A stretch of 64,000 bases of DNA from Vitrella brassicaformis CCMP3155 (Eukaryota > Protista > Chromerida): positions 124,001 through 188,000 of the forward strand of contig CDMY01000027.1 in NCBI GenBank assembly GCA_001179505.1, written 5' to 3'. Position 1 is the stretch's first letter. Every line of letters starts with the position of its first letter. This document shows positions 25,282-39,223 of the stretch, one piece after another. Below the pieces are notes generated by a model, which saw only the letters and a list, made by a program, of their open reading frames with translations, was not told where the DNA came from and ran no database searches. Made by a program: the position numbers and the translations under genes.

Positions 25282-28200
25282 TCAGTCATCATCTTCTTCG
25301 TCGAGGGTGGTGATGTTCTGCAGCGCCTCTCGATGACACCTCAACCGTTGGTGTATCTGCTCCACACGGTCGTTGAGCGTGTTGAACGACTCCAACCGAC
25401 GGGCCTCCTGTGTCATCAAGGACCTGAAAGAGACACACAAGACAAAGACGGTGTCTCCAGTGACTCGACATCAAGGCGGCAGCTCACTCGAGCGCCCGTG
25501 CGTGTCGTCGAATGCCCTCCGGTTCGTCCCCCTCCCTCAGACGAGCAAGTCTTAGCGCAGGGGGAGGCGGCGGAGGCGTGTGAGACCGACGCGGCTGGGG
25601 CACACAGGTGGACTTAGGCCGACAGGGCGGCGGCTCCCAATGTGGCGCAGGGTTCGTCACGCTGGGAGGTGGGGCGGCCAGATTCGGTGGCGACATGTTC
25701 TGTTCTGTCCTGGCGTCGTTGCGCCAGCGAGTGCCGCTGCCGTACAGACGCGTGTCTCGCTCGCCTGGCTGGCCCCGAAAAGTGGTCGATGTCGACTCGA
25801 CCTGATCAAACTGATAAGACGAATGGGAAAGACTGTATGTGACGCTCCCACTTGCACTTCGCGACTGTTTCCTTACCTGTTCTCGGACGTTTCGGCGGAG
25901 GTCTTTCTGTGCTCGTTCCATGCGACCCTGTCTCTGCAACTGCCAGTCGCGTTCACATGGTTGTGGGACGGTCACTTGACACCGCCTGTAACAGCACATC
26001 AAGGCAGAGCATGTCGCTTTCGTGTATCGTTCAAAGGGTGCTCACCTTGCTTTGCATATTTCGCTTTTGAGGAACGAAAACTCCGAGTTCATCTTGTCGA
26101 GGTCAGCCCTGACCTGCTCCCTCTGCTTCAGGGTCCGCCGAAGCGCCTCGTCCAGCTCCGAGACGGCTGACGCATACTTGTGCACTTTTGCGTCCGTCTG
26201 CTGTCGCTCGGGAGGCGCCTCTGCCGCAGGCAGAAGGGCCGCTGCCTCTGAGCCCCGCCCTTTCCCCTCTGTCTGCTCTTTCAGCTTGTTGACGCACAGC
26301 AGGGCTCCATGCAGGTCTTTGTTCGTCTGATCCACCAACTCCTGGGCCTCCCGCAGGCACCCATTCAGCCGATCAGTGACCTCCTGCAGCTCGCTGCCGC
26401 CCATCGTCTGCTGCCCTTTGGTCTTCATACGGTTGAGCACTGATGTCTGCATCTCCTGCAGAAGCCGAGACAGATGCTGCTGGTCCGAGGCATGGCCACG
26501 CAGCCGATTTCTGAGAATGTCGGCCAGACGATCAGCCTCAGTGATGCCGTGTTTCAGGCGCTGAGCTTCGTCGTCCGAGATTGCTGCTTGAGGGCTGCCG
26601 AGGCAATCCAGCGCCTTGCTCATCCGCTCAAATAGTTCGGCGCCTGCCTGTTTAGCATCCTCCATTTCCCGCCGCGCCTCGCTGAGAGCGCTCCGGTGGT
26701 TCTTGAGCACACTGCGGACTTCCCTCAGACGTACCTCACCATCTTGAGAAACAAGCAAATAGATGCAATTTTAATTCCATGCTCATCGTATCAGTAGAAG
26801 ATTTGTTTCACCTTGAATGGCGACTGCCTCCCCGACGGGTGTGCCTTTGTCCTTCTCAAGCTGTGCAAGCTTGTCAGACAAGACATCCCTCTCATGAGCA
26901 ATCGCCTCCATGCCCTCCTCGGCCTTGCGCAGAGCCTCAGTGGCGCTCTTTACCTCCTTGGTGAGCTCCTCAATCGTGTCAGCGGCATCCTTGTGCTGCC
27001 CGGCCAAGCGGTCCCTCTCCTCTTCGGCCTGATGAAGAGCCCTTTCTGCCGCAGCGACGCCCTCAGCCTGCTTGTGGAGCTTCTCTGTCATCTCCGCAAG
27101 GGTGACGGCATTTTGTGCGTCCTGACTGAGAAGCTCTTCTTGTCTTTCCTTGGCCGCACGTGCCTCCTCTCTTGCTTCCTCCAGTGCGGCCGTCTCTCCC
27201 TCCAGCTGTGCCTTGAGGCTGGCCATCTTGGATGATGTCTCGATGTCCTTGGCCTCCACTTCAGCCTTCTCTCGCCTCATTTGGTCAAGCTTAGCCCGAG
27301 CCGACTCCAGTGCACTTGTCTCGTGCTCCAGCCTCTCGGCCAGCTGGTTGCGATCGCGCTGCAGGTCGTCCTTCGCCTTTCTTGCGGCTTCTGCGGCTTT
27401 TCGTTCGCTGCCCAGCTGCTCAGAGAGGGTCGTCAGCCGGTTGGCGGAGTCTTGATATTGCTGCTCCAGACGAGGAATCTCGGCGCTCTGTGCCTCGAGG
27501 CGATGATTGGCGGACTCCAAGCGCCTGATTTTGTCGCGTTCTTCGTCAAGACATGCTTTCTGCTTGTGCATGGTGGCGGTGAGGGACGCCACTGCTCGCT
27601 CCTTCTCCCTCTCCGCGTCCAGCTTGGCTTCGTTGGCCTCTTGCATTGCCTTCTTGGCCGCCAGCACCTCGTCGGCCTGCTTGCGGAGGTTCTCGCTGAG
27701 GGTCGACACCGACTGGGCCAAGCTGTTTCGTTTGGCAGCCTGGGTGTCGCTGTCGTCCCTCAGGCGCTTGAGCTCACGCTGGGCGGCGGCCAGGTCAGCC
27801 TTTGCCTTCTCTGCTTCTTCCGACAGTGTTGCCGTCTTGGCCATGGCCTCGTGCTGACGCTCCTTCCAGAACCCCGCCTCACGCTGAGCCTCGGTGAGGT
27901 CGTCTGTCTTGGCCGCGAGAGCCGATGTCTCCCTTGCCAGCAGCGCCTCTAGTCGCGTTACTTTCTCAAGAATCTCTTGCTGGGTCGACTCGAGCGCGAC
28001 GCACTCCTCTTCGGCCTTTTCCGCTCTCTGAGTCGCCTCCGTGAGGGCAATCGATCCTCGTCGAAGCTCTTGCGCAAGCCGTCCTGATTGTTCCTCAAGA
28101 TCGTCTTTCTCTTTCTGTAGCTCCTCGAGGTATCGCTGGCCCGACTCTGCTGCTTCCTGGGCAATCTGGAGCTCTTTCTCGAGGCGCTCTTCTTCGCTGA

Positions 28201-31200
28201 CTGCCTTGGTGTTCTCTGTCCGCAATTTCTCGACCTCGGCTTGTGTCTCGTCCTTGGTAGCCTCCAATCTGCTGTTGAGCTGGGCCACCTCATGTTCCAG
28301 GTGCTCGATGCGCTGCCGCGCTTCATTGAGCGCCGTGGTTCCCTTGGCAAGAGTCTCATTCAGGTCCTCCACTGTAGCCTCCGCTTCTGCTTTTTCTTTC
28401 TCGAGTCGCTCTATCTTGTCTCGTGCCTCGGTGAGTGCCGCCGTTCCCTCCTCGAGGCGACGGTTGTACTCCTCATCGGCCGACGCGAGCGCTGCGCTGC
28501 CCTCGGTCAGCTTCTGCTTGAGGTCAGATATCGTCTCGGACATGCCCTGGCTGGACTCCTTCAGTGCAGCCTCGCTGGCCCTGAGCTTCTCCATCTCCTC
28601 CACGGCGGCGGCCTGGGCGGCGGACTCTTTCTCAAGGGCACTTTCGAGCTCTTTAGCACGCGCCAGCACCTCATCATGACTCTTTGCAGCCTCCTGTCGC
28701 TGGTGCTCTAGACCCTCGATAGTCTTCTTGGCCTCCTCAAGTGCTGTGGTCTTCTCTCGCAGCTCCTCTTGCAAGGCAGCGAGACTCGCGGAGGCCTGCT
28801 GGGAGCTTTCCTTCAACTGGGTCTCCAGCGTTGCGATCCGTCCCTGAGCGGTAGCTAACTCCTTTGACTCTTCCTCCAGCTCTGCAACCACCGTTTCCAG
28901 CTTCTCTGTGAGCGTTTGCACTGATCGCTCCGTGTCTCCCTCGCGTTTCTCAAGGGCCTCCTTGATCTTGTTGAGGCTCTCCAGCTGGTCACGCACAGAG
29001 GCCAGCGCAGAGGCGTCCTCCAGCCCTTTCTCGGTAAGCGCGGCGATCTCGTCTTTGAGGGACTTCTGCTCCCTCTCCAGCCGATTGTTTTCCTCCCGTG
29101 AGGCCTGCAGGTCCTGCAGCGCTTTGGAGAGGCTGCCCTCGCCCGTGGTGGAACGCTGCAAGTACAGACACACAAACGGATGCAATTGGACGGATGCGTA
29201 CATCTGCGCACCTCTTCGAGACTCTTGACAGCGGCGGTTGCCAATTCTAGCGCTTGCTTGGTCCTTTCCTGCTCATCGAGAGCCTCTGCCAGTTTCTCAC
29301 GGGTTTCCGTCAGCGTCTCATCCACCTCAGCTTTCTCTCTCTCGAGTCTGTCCACCATGGCCCCGACCTCAGCCCTTTCCCTTTCGAGCCCATCCAGCGT
29401 GACATCCGCCTCCGCCTTTTCTTTCTCTAGCCTCTCTATCTTGTCTCGTGCCTCGGTGAGTGCCGCCGCTCCCTCCTCGAGGCGACGGTTGTACTCCTCA
29501 TCGGCCGACGCGAGCGCTGCGCTGCCCTCGGCCAGCTTCTGCTTGAGGTCAGATATCTCGCTCGTCATCTGCTCATTTGACTCTGTCAATGCCTCCTCGC
29601 TTGTTCGCAACCTCTCCATCTCCTCGATAGCGGTGCTGAGGGCGGCGGACTCCTTCTCAAGGGCAGTCTCGAGCTCTTTTGTACGCGCCAGCACCTTCTT
29701 ATGATCCCTGGCTGCCTCCTGCCGCTGGTGCTCCAGACCCTCGATAGTCTTCTTGGCCTCTGCTTCAAAGCTGCGAGCGGAAGCCTCTTGTGTCCGGAGT
29801 CTGTCGATGAGCGCCCGCTTCTCTTCATCGAATTGTCGCTGCATCACATGCCTCACAAGCTGCCCGACCGTGCGGATAGCCGTCGTCTCAGTGATCCAGC
29901 GGGTATTCTGCGTCTCCATCTCACTCTTCAATGCGGCGATGCTTTCATTGGCCTCTTCAAGCTGTTCTTCGCATCGAGTCACCTCCGCCCGGAGCCTCTG
30001 GACTTCTTCTTTGGCGTTTCGGAATGTGCCGTCAGGCAGCGATCGCACCGAGCGCGCCGACACTGGTGTTGCCGCGCCACCTTCCCAGTCGCCCGAGTTG
30101 CCTCCATAGATGCTTCCCAGCTCAGCCTCCTCAAGTTTCTGCGTCAGTGCGCGGCTCACAGCGGCACTCACGGCCTTGCTGGCCTCCATCCGCCTCTTTG
30201 CGTCATCGAGCTGTTTCAGGTAGTCTTGCTGCTGAGCGTAGAGGTTGTGTCGGAGGATGCTGAGGGCTTCCTGTGCGTCGAGGAGGGTCGATTCCATGAT
30301 GGCGCTGTCTCGCTGCAAATCTGCGATGTACTTGTTTAGCTGCTCATTCTCCACGTTGAGCTCGACGACTTGCGCAGCTTGGCGTCGCATGAGGAAGGTG
30401 TTCGCCTTCAACAAGCCGTGCTGGACAGCGCTCGCGACCACGCGGGCTGCCTCTGCCTTGATCCTGTTGTTATCAAGGTCTTTCTGCAATCGGCGATGCT
30501 CCTCGGGGTCCACCTCAGGCTCTTTGGATTTCTCCCTCTCAAGGATCGTCTCCAGACGCTGAGATTCAGCAATGGCATACAGCTTCGCCAGCGTCAGTTT
30601 TGCCGCAAAGATGGCCGTGTCTCTGCCTTGCTGATCCGAGGTCTCCTGCAGGAGGGCCAAGGCGGCATGGGCATCTCTCGCCTGCTTGCTTGCCGTGGCT
30701 GCGAAGGCTTGGATGGTCTCGGCGTCTCCTTTCATCTTCTCGATCTCTTTGACGAGGGTTTCGATGTTGTCTCGCAGTTCCTGGACCATTTTCCTCTCAG
30801 CAGCCTGCTCGAGCCGCTTGTGGCCCAATAGGTCGACCGCTCTCTGCAGCTCCTCCAGAAGGCGCTGCTCCTTGCCTTTGTGCGTCAGGATGTCGTCTTT
30901 CAGATGCTGGATCTGGTTTTCGAGGTGCTGGTTGGCCTCGCCGACACCCCAGATGTTCTCGATCGCTTTGAAGAGGCCCTTTGTGCGTGTCTCCATCTCT
31001 TGGCGAAGTCGCCGCAGCTCTGGGTCTTCTTCGTGATCAACTGGAAGCGAAGAGTTTGTGGGGTTGTCAGTAGGGTTGTCCATCACCACCATGACATTTC
31101 TCTCCAGCTCCTTCTCCTCCGCCGCCCTCAGCTCTTCCGAGATACCGAAGAGAGCTGCCAGCGCATCCTCGAAGGTCGGAGGCTTTTTGTCGTCTGTGTC

Positions 31201-34200
31201 CTGTCTTTCAGCTGGCTTGACGCTCTGCAGCATGTTTTTTATCTCCGCGAAATGGTCTTCGCCGTGTCTCTTGGCGAGCTCCTGGAAGATCGAGCGGATG
31301 GCAGCTGACTGGACAAAGGCTCGGGCGTAGGCGGCGGCATTCAGTCGGCGATTCTCCTCAGTTAGGTCGCGGCACATGTTGCGCCAGTACCGGCGCAGCA
31401 CTTCGAGGAATCTCCCGCGATGCGTTTTGGCCTTGTTCAGCCTTTCCAGGTTATCAGCTCTGCAGAGGCACACACCCGACTCAAAACGAGCGTCTACCAC
31501 GGTCCATTCTCTGCCTACTTACTTGTCGATCAGGGTTTGCAAGGTGCCATCCTTCTCCGTCAAGGCCCGGGACCACGCCTCTATTTGTCTGTCGGCCTCA
31601 GAGAGGGCGTCCTCCTTTGCCATGTAAAGCCGCTCGAGCTCGTCTCGGTCCATTACCGCCTGGTTGAAGTCAGCCATGCTGACTCGCTTAGATTCTCGGC
31701 GAATAAACTCCTGGATCTTCTGCTCCTTGACCTCAACAATGCCGCGCAGCCTGATGACGCAAGTCAATATCTCATGTACTTGATGCGTCCCGTACAGAGG
31801 ATGGCCTTCACCTTTCAAGTTCATCTCGTAATCTGTTGAGTTCGTCTAGTGTTGCAAACTGGAGCTGCGCTTCGAGCGATGAGTCGTACCCACCGCCCTG
31901 TCTTAACCGTAGCTGCTCGAGCTAACACACACACACAGGATCGAAGACAGTCACGCAGATTGAGAAATGAAAGTTTCTGTTGCACCTCTTCTTCTATCTG
32001 TTTGCGGCGCTGCTCCGAGTGCTCCTGCAGAGACAAGACGAGATATGGTGGCTGCCCGTCTTTCCTTTCTACTTGTGGCGAATCATGCCCGACCCAGAGA
32101 TTGCGTGTGTCACTGAGGGCAGATTTTGCGTCATCCTGCGCCATCGTGAGCTCGTCTGAACACAGACACAATCTTGTATGTTCAGTGAACTTCGATCTGC
32201 CGCGTTGACTGACTTACGCAGTTTCTTGTTTGCCCTCCGTGCCCTGAACCGCTCGACAATTCTCATGAAGGCATTGACCTGATTCAGCCGCTTCACCTGA
32301 CGTAAGCAAAACACACGTATTCACACCCACTCAAGCCTCCTGCCAATCGACCGATTTTCCTGCCTTGTCATAGTTGGTTTTCAGCCTATTGACGGTCAGC
32401 TCCTTTTCGTCCAGCCGTGACAGCAGCTGCTCCTCTTGGTGGCCTGATGAATGATTCACACGAAGGAACATACCTGTGCAGGCAGCACGAATCGTGTCTC
32501 ACTCAAGCCGCCTTCCTACCAAAAAGGTCCTCGTAATCGATCCGCCTCATCTCATCGCTGCTCGTGCCGGCACGCGAGAAACCACCGCTGCTCGCAACGC
32601 GCAAAGAGCCTGACAGGAGACACGACATCTCCGCTCACCCACATGCTGACCAGCCAGCGGCGTGTGTGAGTCATGTGTACGTCCGCTCTTGGGTCGATTT
32701 TTGGAGAAGAGTTCCTCTTCAAGCTCCTGGACACGACCGCTCAGACTCGTGATCTGGTCCTCCGCCTCGGATTGCTGGCCGCGCAGAGAGACAAGAGCCA
32801 GTGACATTGTTCTGTGGTCGACGCAAAGACTGAGCTTTTACGTTGACTTGCAGGGTCCCAACTTTGGTCTCCGTTTCGGCGAGCGCCTTTTCCACTTCGA
32901 CAAGGTCGTCCCGCAGCACCTCATTCTCCCGCTCTGTCTCAAAGAGCTCCTCGTAAATCTCCTCGTTCTCCGCCACGAGGGACTCCATCTTCTGCTGCAG
33001 CTTCTGGGCACCCTGGAAACACAAGTAAAGGCATCAGCGAAAGGAAAGTGGAGCAAGTGAGTCAGCGTACCTGGATGAGGAGGTCATTCTCTTTGATGAG
33101 GTCTTTGTTTTCCTTCTCCAGCTGCAGCATCCTATTCTCGAAGTCAAGGTTGGTCTCCTTCAGCAGCGCATGCCTGCCAGCACAAAGGAAGACCCGACCG
33201 ATCGGTGAGCTCGCTCTGATACATGGACACATACCTCCTCTTTGTGGTGTGGCTGAGGCCCGATCTGAGCCTCTGGAGCTTCTTGTGCAGTTTCTTCTTT
33301 GTGCTCTCCGACAGCCCGCCAGTGGTCTGGGCGAACCTGGCCATGGATGCAGCCATCGAGGGAGACACCCGGCTGAGCCGCCGGCCGTGATCGCCGAAGA
33401 GCCCAGCTTCCGAATGGAATGAGCAGTGGGACTCCTGATATGACAGGCCTCCCTGCCACGTGGGTGAGGCCTGACCCGACTGGTCGCTGCGATGCGACAC
33501 AGGTGACAGCTGATCGGACACCTGGCTCAGCAGACGAGATGGACCCCGCGAGACAGTCCTCCCACGGTCAGCCCCATCCGCCATCGGCGAGGTCCCCGTG
33601 CTCTCGGGGATCGTCTCAATCGGCGCTGTGGTCGTGATCTCCATTAGGCCGGGCAACCTTGACTGTCTGCGCGACCCTCTGCTCGGTGACCGGCGCATGA
33701 CACCCCCAAAGGCCTCCGATAGAGTCAGGCCCTCAGGTTCAACATGTGGCGTTTTGATGGACATCCGGCGAGCGGCAATGCTGATGAATGGCTGAGGGCC
33801 TGCATAGCCATCGGCCCCTTCAGGCGGAGGAGCCACAGACAGCCGACGTGCCCTTGCCCTCGCAGCCGAAAGGGGCGTAATTCCAGGTTCCTCCGTCGTC
33901 GGCACAGCTGCTGTCTCGCCCCCTTCCTGACTGATCCGTCTCATCACGGCCATCGACACCCGCCGCGCCCGCATACGGGCCATGGACAAGGCGTCGCTGG
34001 GCTGGTCCTCTCTGCCAGCCGTCTCATTATCTCCCTCTTGGCTCGGAGTCACCCTTCGCATGACAGACGTCCGCCTCACCACACTTGGAGATGCGCCCAG
34101 GCCGCCTGCAGTTGGAGACTCTTCCAGCAGATGGGGCGCCAGCGACGTGCGGCGAGAGGGAGAGATCCTGGTCTGCGTCTCGGCTTGCTGGGCCATCAGC

Positions 34201-34652
34201 CCTTGGAAGAAATCGACGGCCATCGACACGCGCCTGCCCGTGTCGCGAGCCGGTGAGACAGGCAGGTGTTGTGAGGGAGAGGGCTCGGTGACTGGCTCCG
34301 TGACGGTCACAGCCGTATGCGTGGGGGAGGTGTCCTGCCCCTCCTCCTCGAGTGTTGTGGAAAGCTGCTGGGGCGGGCGGGACTTGGACGTGTCGCTTTG
34401 AAGGCTGGCAGCGCTGCCCCCGGCCGACTCCCGGAAGCGCACGCTTCTGCTTTTGCCCATTTCATGCCTTCTCCTTCGCGCGGCCTTGCTACCAGCTCCC
34501 TTGGCTGTGAGGTAGTGTTGAGACGGCCCCGAGATGCTGCCGGTGCTGACAGCGATGAGGACACGCGTGTCCTCCTCCCCCTCCTCGGCCGAAGAGATCT
34601 TGACGTCAGAGACGTCCTCCCAGTCACTCGAATGATCAGAGTCCGTCTCCAT
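25282..34652 (-). CDS. Giant coiled-coil protein with Ser/Arg-rich disordered N-terminus
   Basis: Exon ORFs of 513, 881, 806, 238 and 172 aa join in phase at GT-AG sites (for example LEE/RSTTGEG and AIQ/DGEVR). Long E/A/K/L-rich heptad text; final exon ...NITTLDEEDDD*. Confidence 0.75.
28380..29780 (-). repeat. Intragenic ~120-codon duplication within the coiled-coil gene
   Basis: EAKKTIEGLEHQRQEAA...SDLKQKL(A/T)EGSAALASADEEYNRRLEEG(A/T)AALTEARDKIERLEKEKAEA occurs at about 29410-29765 and 28385-28740. Confidence 0.9.
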
Positions 34653-34971
34653 TGCACTATGGTGCGCTACCTGATCATGTGACACAGGGGGAATAGTTGT
34701 CTTCCGTCTCGGAGCCCCATGTACTCACCTTCGCTTATCTGCCGCTTCTGCGGCCCTTCATGTCCGTGGGTTTGCTTGATAGTTCGCTCCTTGTACTCAT
34801 CACACTCGAGATTCGACGTCGAAGTTCGCGTGCCCCCCCAGAAGACGCCCCCACCCCTTGCAGTAAAGCTCGCAGACCGGTCGCAGACGGAAGCCACATC
34901 AAAGTTGAGAGGTGAGGGTGTAAAACACCCACCGGGGGGCTGCGAGTCAGCAGTTCGAGAGAGATCTTGAG

Positions 34972-37900
34972 ATGGCTCGTTGTGTGGAGGCTGTGAAGGC
35001 GTGGGAAGTCAAGTCAGGCCTCCGCTTCCCGCATGAAAAGATGGAGGAGGAGTTCGTACTGTGGCAGGTCAGTCAGAAGGGGCAAGCAACAATGAGGCCG
35101 ACAGGGGCAACTTCAACGCTGATTGGTGCCTGTGTGACTGTCTGTCTGCAGGTGTTTGAGGGGCTTGCCTTTTATCGATTATGCCTTTGGGTCACTCTGG
35201 TGGCCTGCGCCATCGGTTTCTTCAGGCAGGCTGCGCAGACGGCTTTTCGGTTTTGGGATATCCACAACCTCGTGTGGCTGGCGTGTTCCGCTGGGAGGTG
35301 CTGTTTTCAATGGTGGGTGGCCCGCAGTGTGTCCTTGTGCATGAAGACGCAGGACGCGGCCAGCTTGCGCATCATTCGCCGAGTGCTGCTATTGATGGTT
35401 GTCTTTGCGGCTCTCAACCAAGTGGTGGGAGCCAACGATTTGGTCCGGCGATTTGTCAACATGTACTCATTCAGTACACCGATGGGCGTGTCCTTCCCTG
35501 TCGCGACGTCGCTGCTCGTGCTGTCCGCTCCTGGTGAGCATGATGACAAACACATGATAGGGCAGTGAGTGGGTGGGACACACACGTACGTGTGTACGTG
35601 TGTGTGGGTCCCTGGTGCTCTGGTGGTGCACTCACTCAGGTCTCTTCTTTCTGGAGCGCATCTTTCTGTTCACGTGTGCGACTGCTTTGCACATGGTGCT
35701 GGGCCTGCTGATGCTGCATGGGTCTCCGACGACGGACTACGGCGTGGGAGGCGCAGCCGGCTACTCTCTCGTGACCCTAGTTAGTCTGCTCTTCGCCCCA
35801 AGTGAGTGAGTGAGTGAGTGAGTGAAGGATACGAAAGGACGATGCGTGCGTCTTTGCAGCCGTCTTCTACTCCTGGTTTCACCACGAGCGGCTGCAGCGC
35901 ATTGTGTGGGAAAAGCAGTCGAGCTCCCAAAGCCACTTGGTTGGCATATCGCACGACGCTTACGCGACCGACTTCCCGCTTTCTGTATCTGTGCCCATCT
36001 CAGCGTCAGCTCTCAGACGTCACAAACGACCTCGTCTGCGAGGTAGACGATCAGGGCCACATTCTCTACGCCTCCCCTAACTTCGAGAGCGTCCTCGGGC
36101 CGTCAGGCGGCGCGGGCGGCACCAAGACAGGCGAGAGAGACGGGCTTGTCACGAAGGAGGGGCCGTTGCGGTCCACTGACGGCGAGAGCAGCAGCTACAT
36201 CGGCACCAGGCTCGTGGATCTCATTCTGGAGGAAGACAGGCACTTGTACGAGGGATGCTTCCGCAATGCAGACTGCAAAGAGGACACAGGTGGGTAGGTG
36301 CATTGGTCCACAACAGACACCGCAGCACGTTGGTTCCGTCCATGCGTGTATGTGTCACGGGTTGCCTTCAGGTAGCGATAGCACGCATGACGGGACCAGC
36401 GAGACTCTCAGCAACACGAGCCGATCCCCCAGCTGCAATACCCCACAACCTCCAGGCGTCAGCGGCGCTTCATCGTCCTTCTCGTTCAACTCCCACCTCG
36501 GGCAGCGGCTGACCAAGGACACCTGCAGTGCCGGCCCGCGGACTGTCTTCAGCCGGGTATCCAGTGCCGAGGAGGGCGGTGGAAGGTGGAGGTGCTGCAT
36601 CCTACGCCTGAAGAGGCAGCGAGATGGCCACGAAGAGCCCTCCTACCTATCCTGCGAGCTCTATGTGGCCGCGCAGCTGGCGGACTCCCAGTCATCATCC
36701 CGCCGCTTCATCTGTGCGATGCGGGACGTCACTGAGGTGCAGCGGACCATGGCCAAATTGTCCTCTCTTCTGGAGGGGTGCGCTCAGCAGATGGACCTGT
36801 CCATATGGGGAATGGACACTCGCACAATGAAGGCAGTAGAGACCCAGCACCGCACATGCGGCGGGCTGCACACCCAGCAGCACCAGCCGGCCTCCAGCAC
36901 CCAATCTACCTGCTGCCAGCAGCCAGTCCCCCAACAGCAGCAGCAGCAAGACCAGCCGTCCCCCCCTCCCGAGTCGCTTGTGCCCCAAGCAGGAGATGCC
37001 GATGGTGGATCTTGCTATTCGTCATCGGACAGCCGCGCTCACACCACCGACCCACACAGCACCGACAGCACATCCACCAGCCACCACTTATCATCGCAGG
37101 ACAACAGCCATGGCAATGGCCTCGCCATCCATCGTCTGACCACAGATGACATCAAGGCCTGTGGGAAGGCGCCTGTGCGGCTGGCGAGTTCTGGAGTGAG
37201 TGGGTCCTTCTCGCCCACCTGCTCGCCCACCGATCCCGCGTGGATGCAAAGTCTTAAGGAGCCGGAGAGGGAAAAGATGGAGGCGGCCATGCGCGATTTG
37301 CTGGAGGGGGGGAAGTCCTTCCAACAGGAGGTGCAGTACGAGCAGGCCGACGGGGCGATCAAGTGGCTGAAGGTCGCAGGCCGGCTCGCCAACGGTGTCC
37401 CTGACTTAGTATGGGGTTTCGTAATGGATATCACTGTGTAAGCATACACCAGGATCACATATCACCCACTCATCCATCGCTTTTGTGTGTGCGCGCGCCA
37501 CAGAGAGCGTTTACGTGAGAGTGAGACCGGTTCTCGGGCCGAGAAGCTGCAGTGGCTGGCGGATGCCTCCTTTGACGGCTGGGGGGTCGCCGAAGTAATG
37601 GACTCCAAGTGAGGACGAGACGAAATGGCTGACAGAGGCACGGCAGCGTGCAACCGACTTTTGCACCTCTGTCTGCTCCCAGGTTGATATTGGAGAGCTC
37701 ACCAAGGCTGAATATCCTTTACGGAGCGTCCCTCGAGGTACGTGAGACAGACCAGCAATCGATGCTCTAAGGACCGACCAACCACCGATGACGATTGCAA
37801 TGTCTCGTGATAATGATGATTTCAGGGCTGTCGTGTGGAGACGATCCTGCCCGTGGACGTGCTTCAGACGATCATGCAGAGGGGATCATGCAAGGACGTC

Positions 37901-39142
37901 CTCATTACTGTAGGTCACCTCGGCCAGCCAGCGGCACTCACTCATCTGACCGACACGGACACATGTGATCTCTCTGTGTGTGCGCGTTCCCTCCATGGCA
38001 GATCCATCCGCAGAAGTTCGTCGCCCGTCCGCCTCAGTATGTCTTCTGCTCGGCCGTCCAGGACCCGCTGGACCCAGCTATGGTGCTCTTCGCCCTCCGC
38101 GACGCCCCATACATCGAGCAGCCGCCCACCGATCCACCCACCGACAACACAGACGACCACCCGGGCGACCTTTGTCGGTCGTCCTTCACGGGCCTCTGCG
38201 AGTCGCACATCCCGCAGCACAAGTCTTCCTTCCCCCCTCAGTACTGCGCGGCGAGAGACTGCTACAACGGCGACGATGAGAGCAGCGTCAGCGTCAGCGT
38301 CAATCGGCCTGCCTACGAGATGGCGGTGAGGCGAGCCATGGAGTGGTCCTCAGACGGGCCTGCATGCCCACCACCGCCGTCAAGAGCGCCCTGTGAAGCG
38401 ATGGCGAGCAACGGAGAGGGGAAAAGGGAGGCGGAGAGCATATGGGAGGCGGAATCGGAAAGTGTTGACGATGAGTACCAGCTGCTGAAGCAGCAAGTGC
38501 TATCCAGCTTGCCTCGTGGGGCCAGCCCCCGGGCCAACGAGACGGAGCCACACCCTCCAATGAGCATGAAGTCCAACATGAGAAGAGAGGCGCCACCGAC
38601 CACGGGGACAGAAGACGGCCTCAGGCGGCGAGTGCGGCCCAGGAGCGATGCGTCCTTGGACGCCCATTCCGTGCCCTCGTCCACCAAGTCTGATGACGGC
38701 CCCGTGGCAAGGCCTGACCACACCGCCCCCCTGACCACCCGTACGAGGATCGTGCGTCCGTCCTCTCCCCCCCTGTCGGCACCATCTGAGCTGCGAGCCG
38801 ACGACGACGACGCTCATGGGAAGGATGATGGGGGGAGCAAAGGGAGTGGTGGGAACGGCAATGGCTCGTCGCAATGGGGGCAGAGGGGGGCCGTTGTCAC
38901 GCAGAGAAGGTATGTTGCGCACACAGGCAGACAGACAGACAGACAGACAAAAAGTGTGTGTACATGTGGCTATCTGCCTGTCTGCCTGTCTGCTTGTCTG
39001 TGCGTGCAGGCGTGTGTCTCATTCGTGGGCTGGTGGCGGCTCGACAATGCAACGGCGCTTGCCGCCGATACAAGAGGAAGACACTCACCACCAGAACCAC
39101 CACCAGCAGCACAGTGCTGCTCCAGACAGAGAGGAAAGGTGA
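34972..39142 (+). CDS. Multi-pass membrane protein with PAS/PAC domains
   Basis: N-terminal TM helices; PAS start DLVCEVDDQGHILYASPNFESVLG; PAC ends RRFICAMRDVTE and DGAIKWLKVAGRL...VWGFVMDIT; low-complexity C-terminus ending ...APDREER*. Confidence 0.75.
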
Positions 39143-39223
39143 CCGCGGTGGTCAGGTCTTGCATCCTCCGTGCATGTGTAGATGATGTGTAGGTGACTTA
39201 GTATGGTTCAGATTTCATTGATT

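Noticed and set aside
27150-31330. Many 100-220 aa plus-strand ORFs rich in Ser/Leu/Phe
   Set aside because: Antisense shadows of the coiled-coil gene; no independent motifs.
34667-34897. 76-aa ORF as first coding exon of the coiled-coil gene
   Set aside because: Its donor phase does not match the next exon; the phase-0 frame has a stop. More likely a 5' UTR exon.
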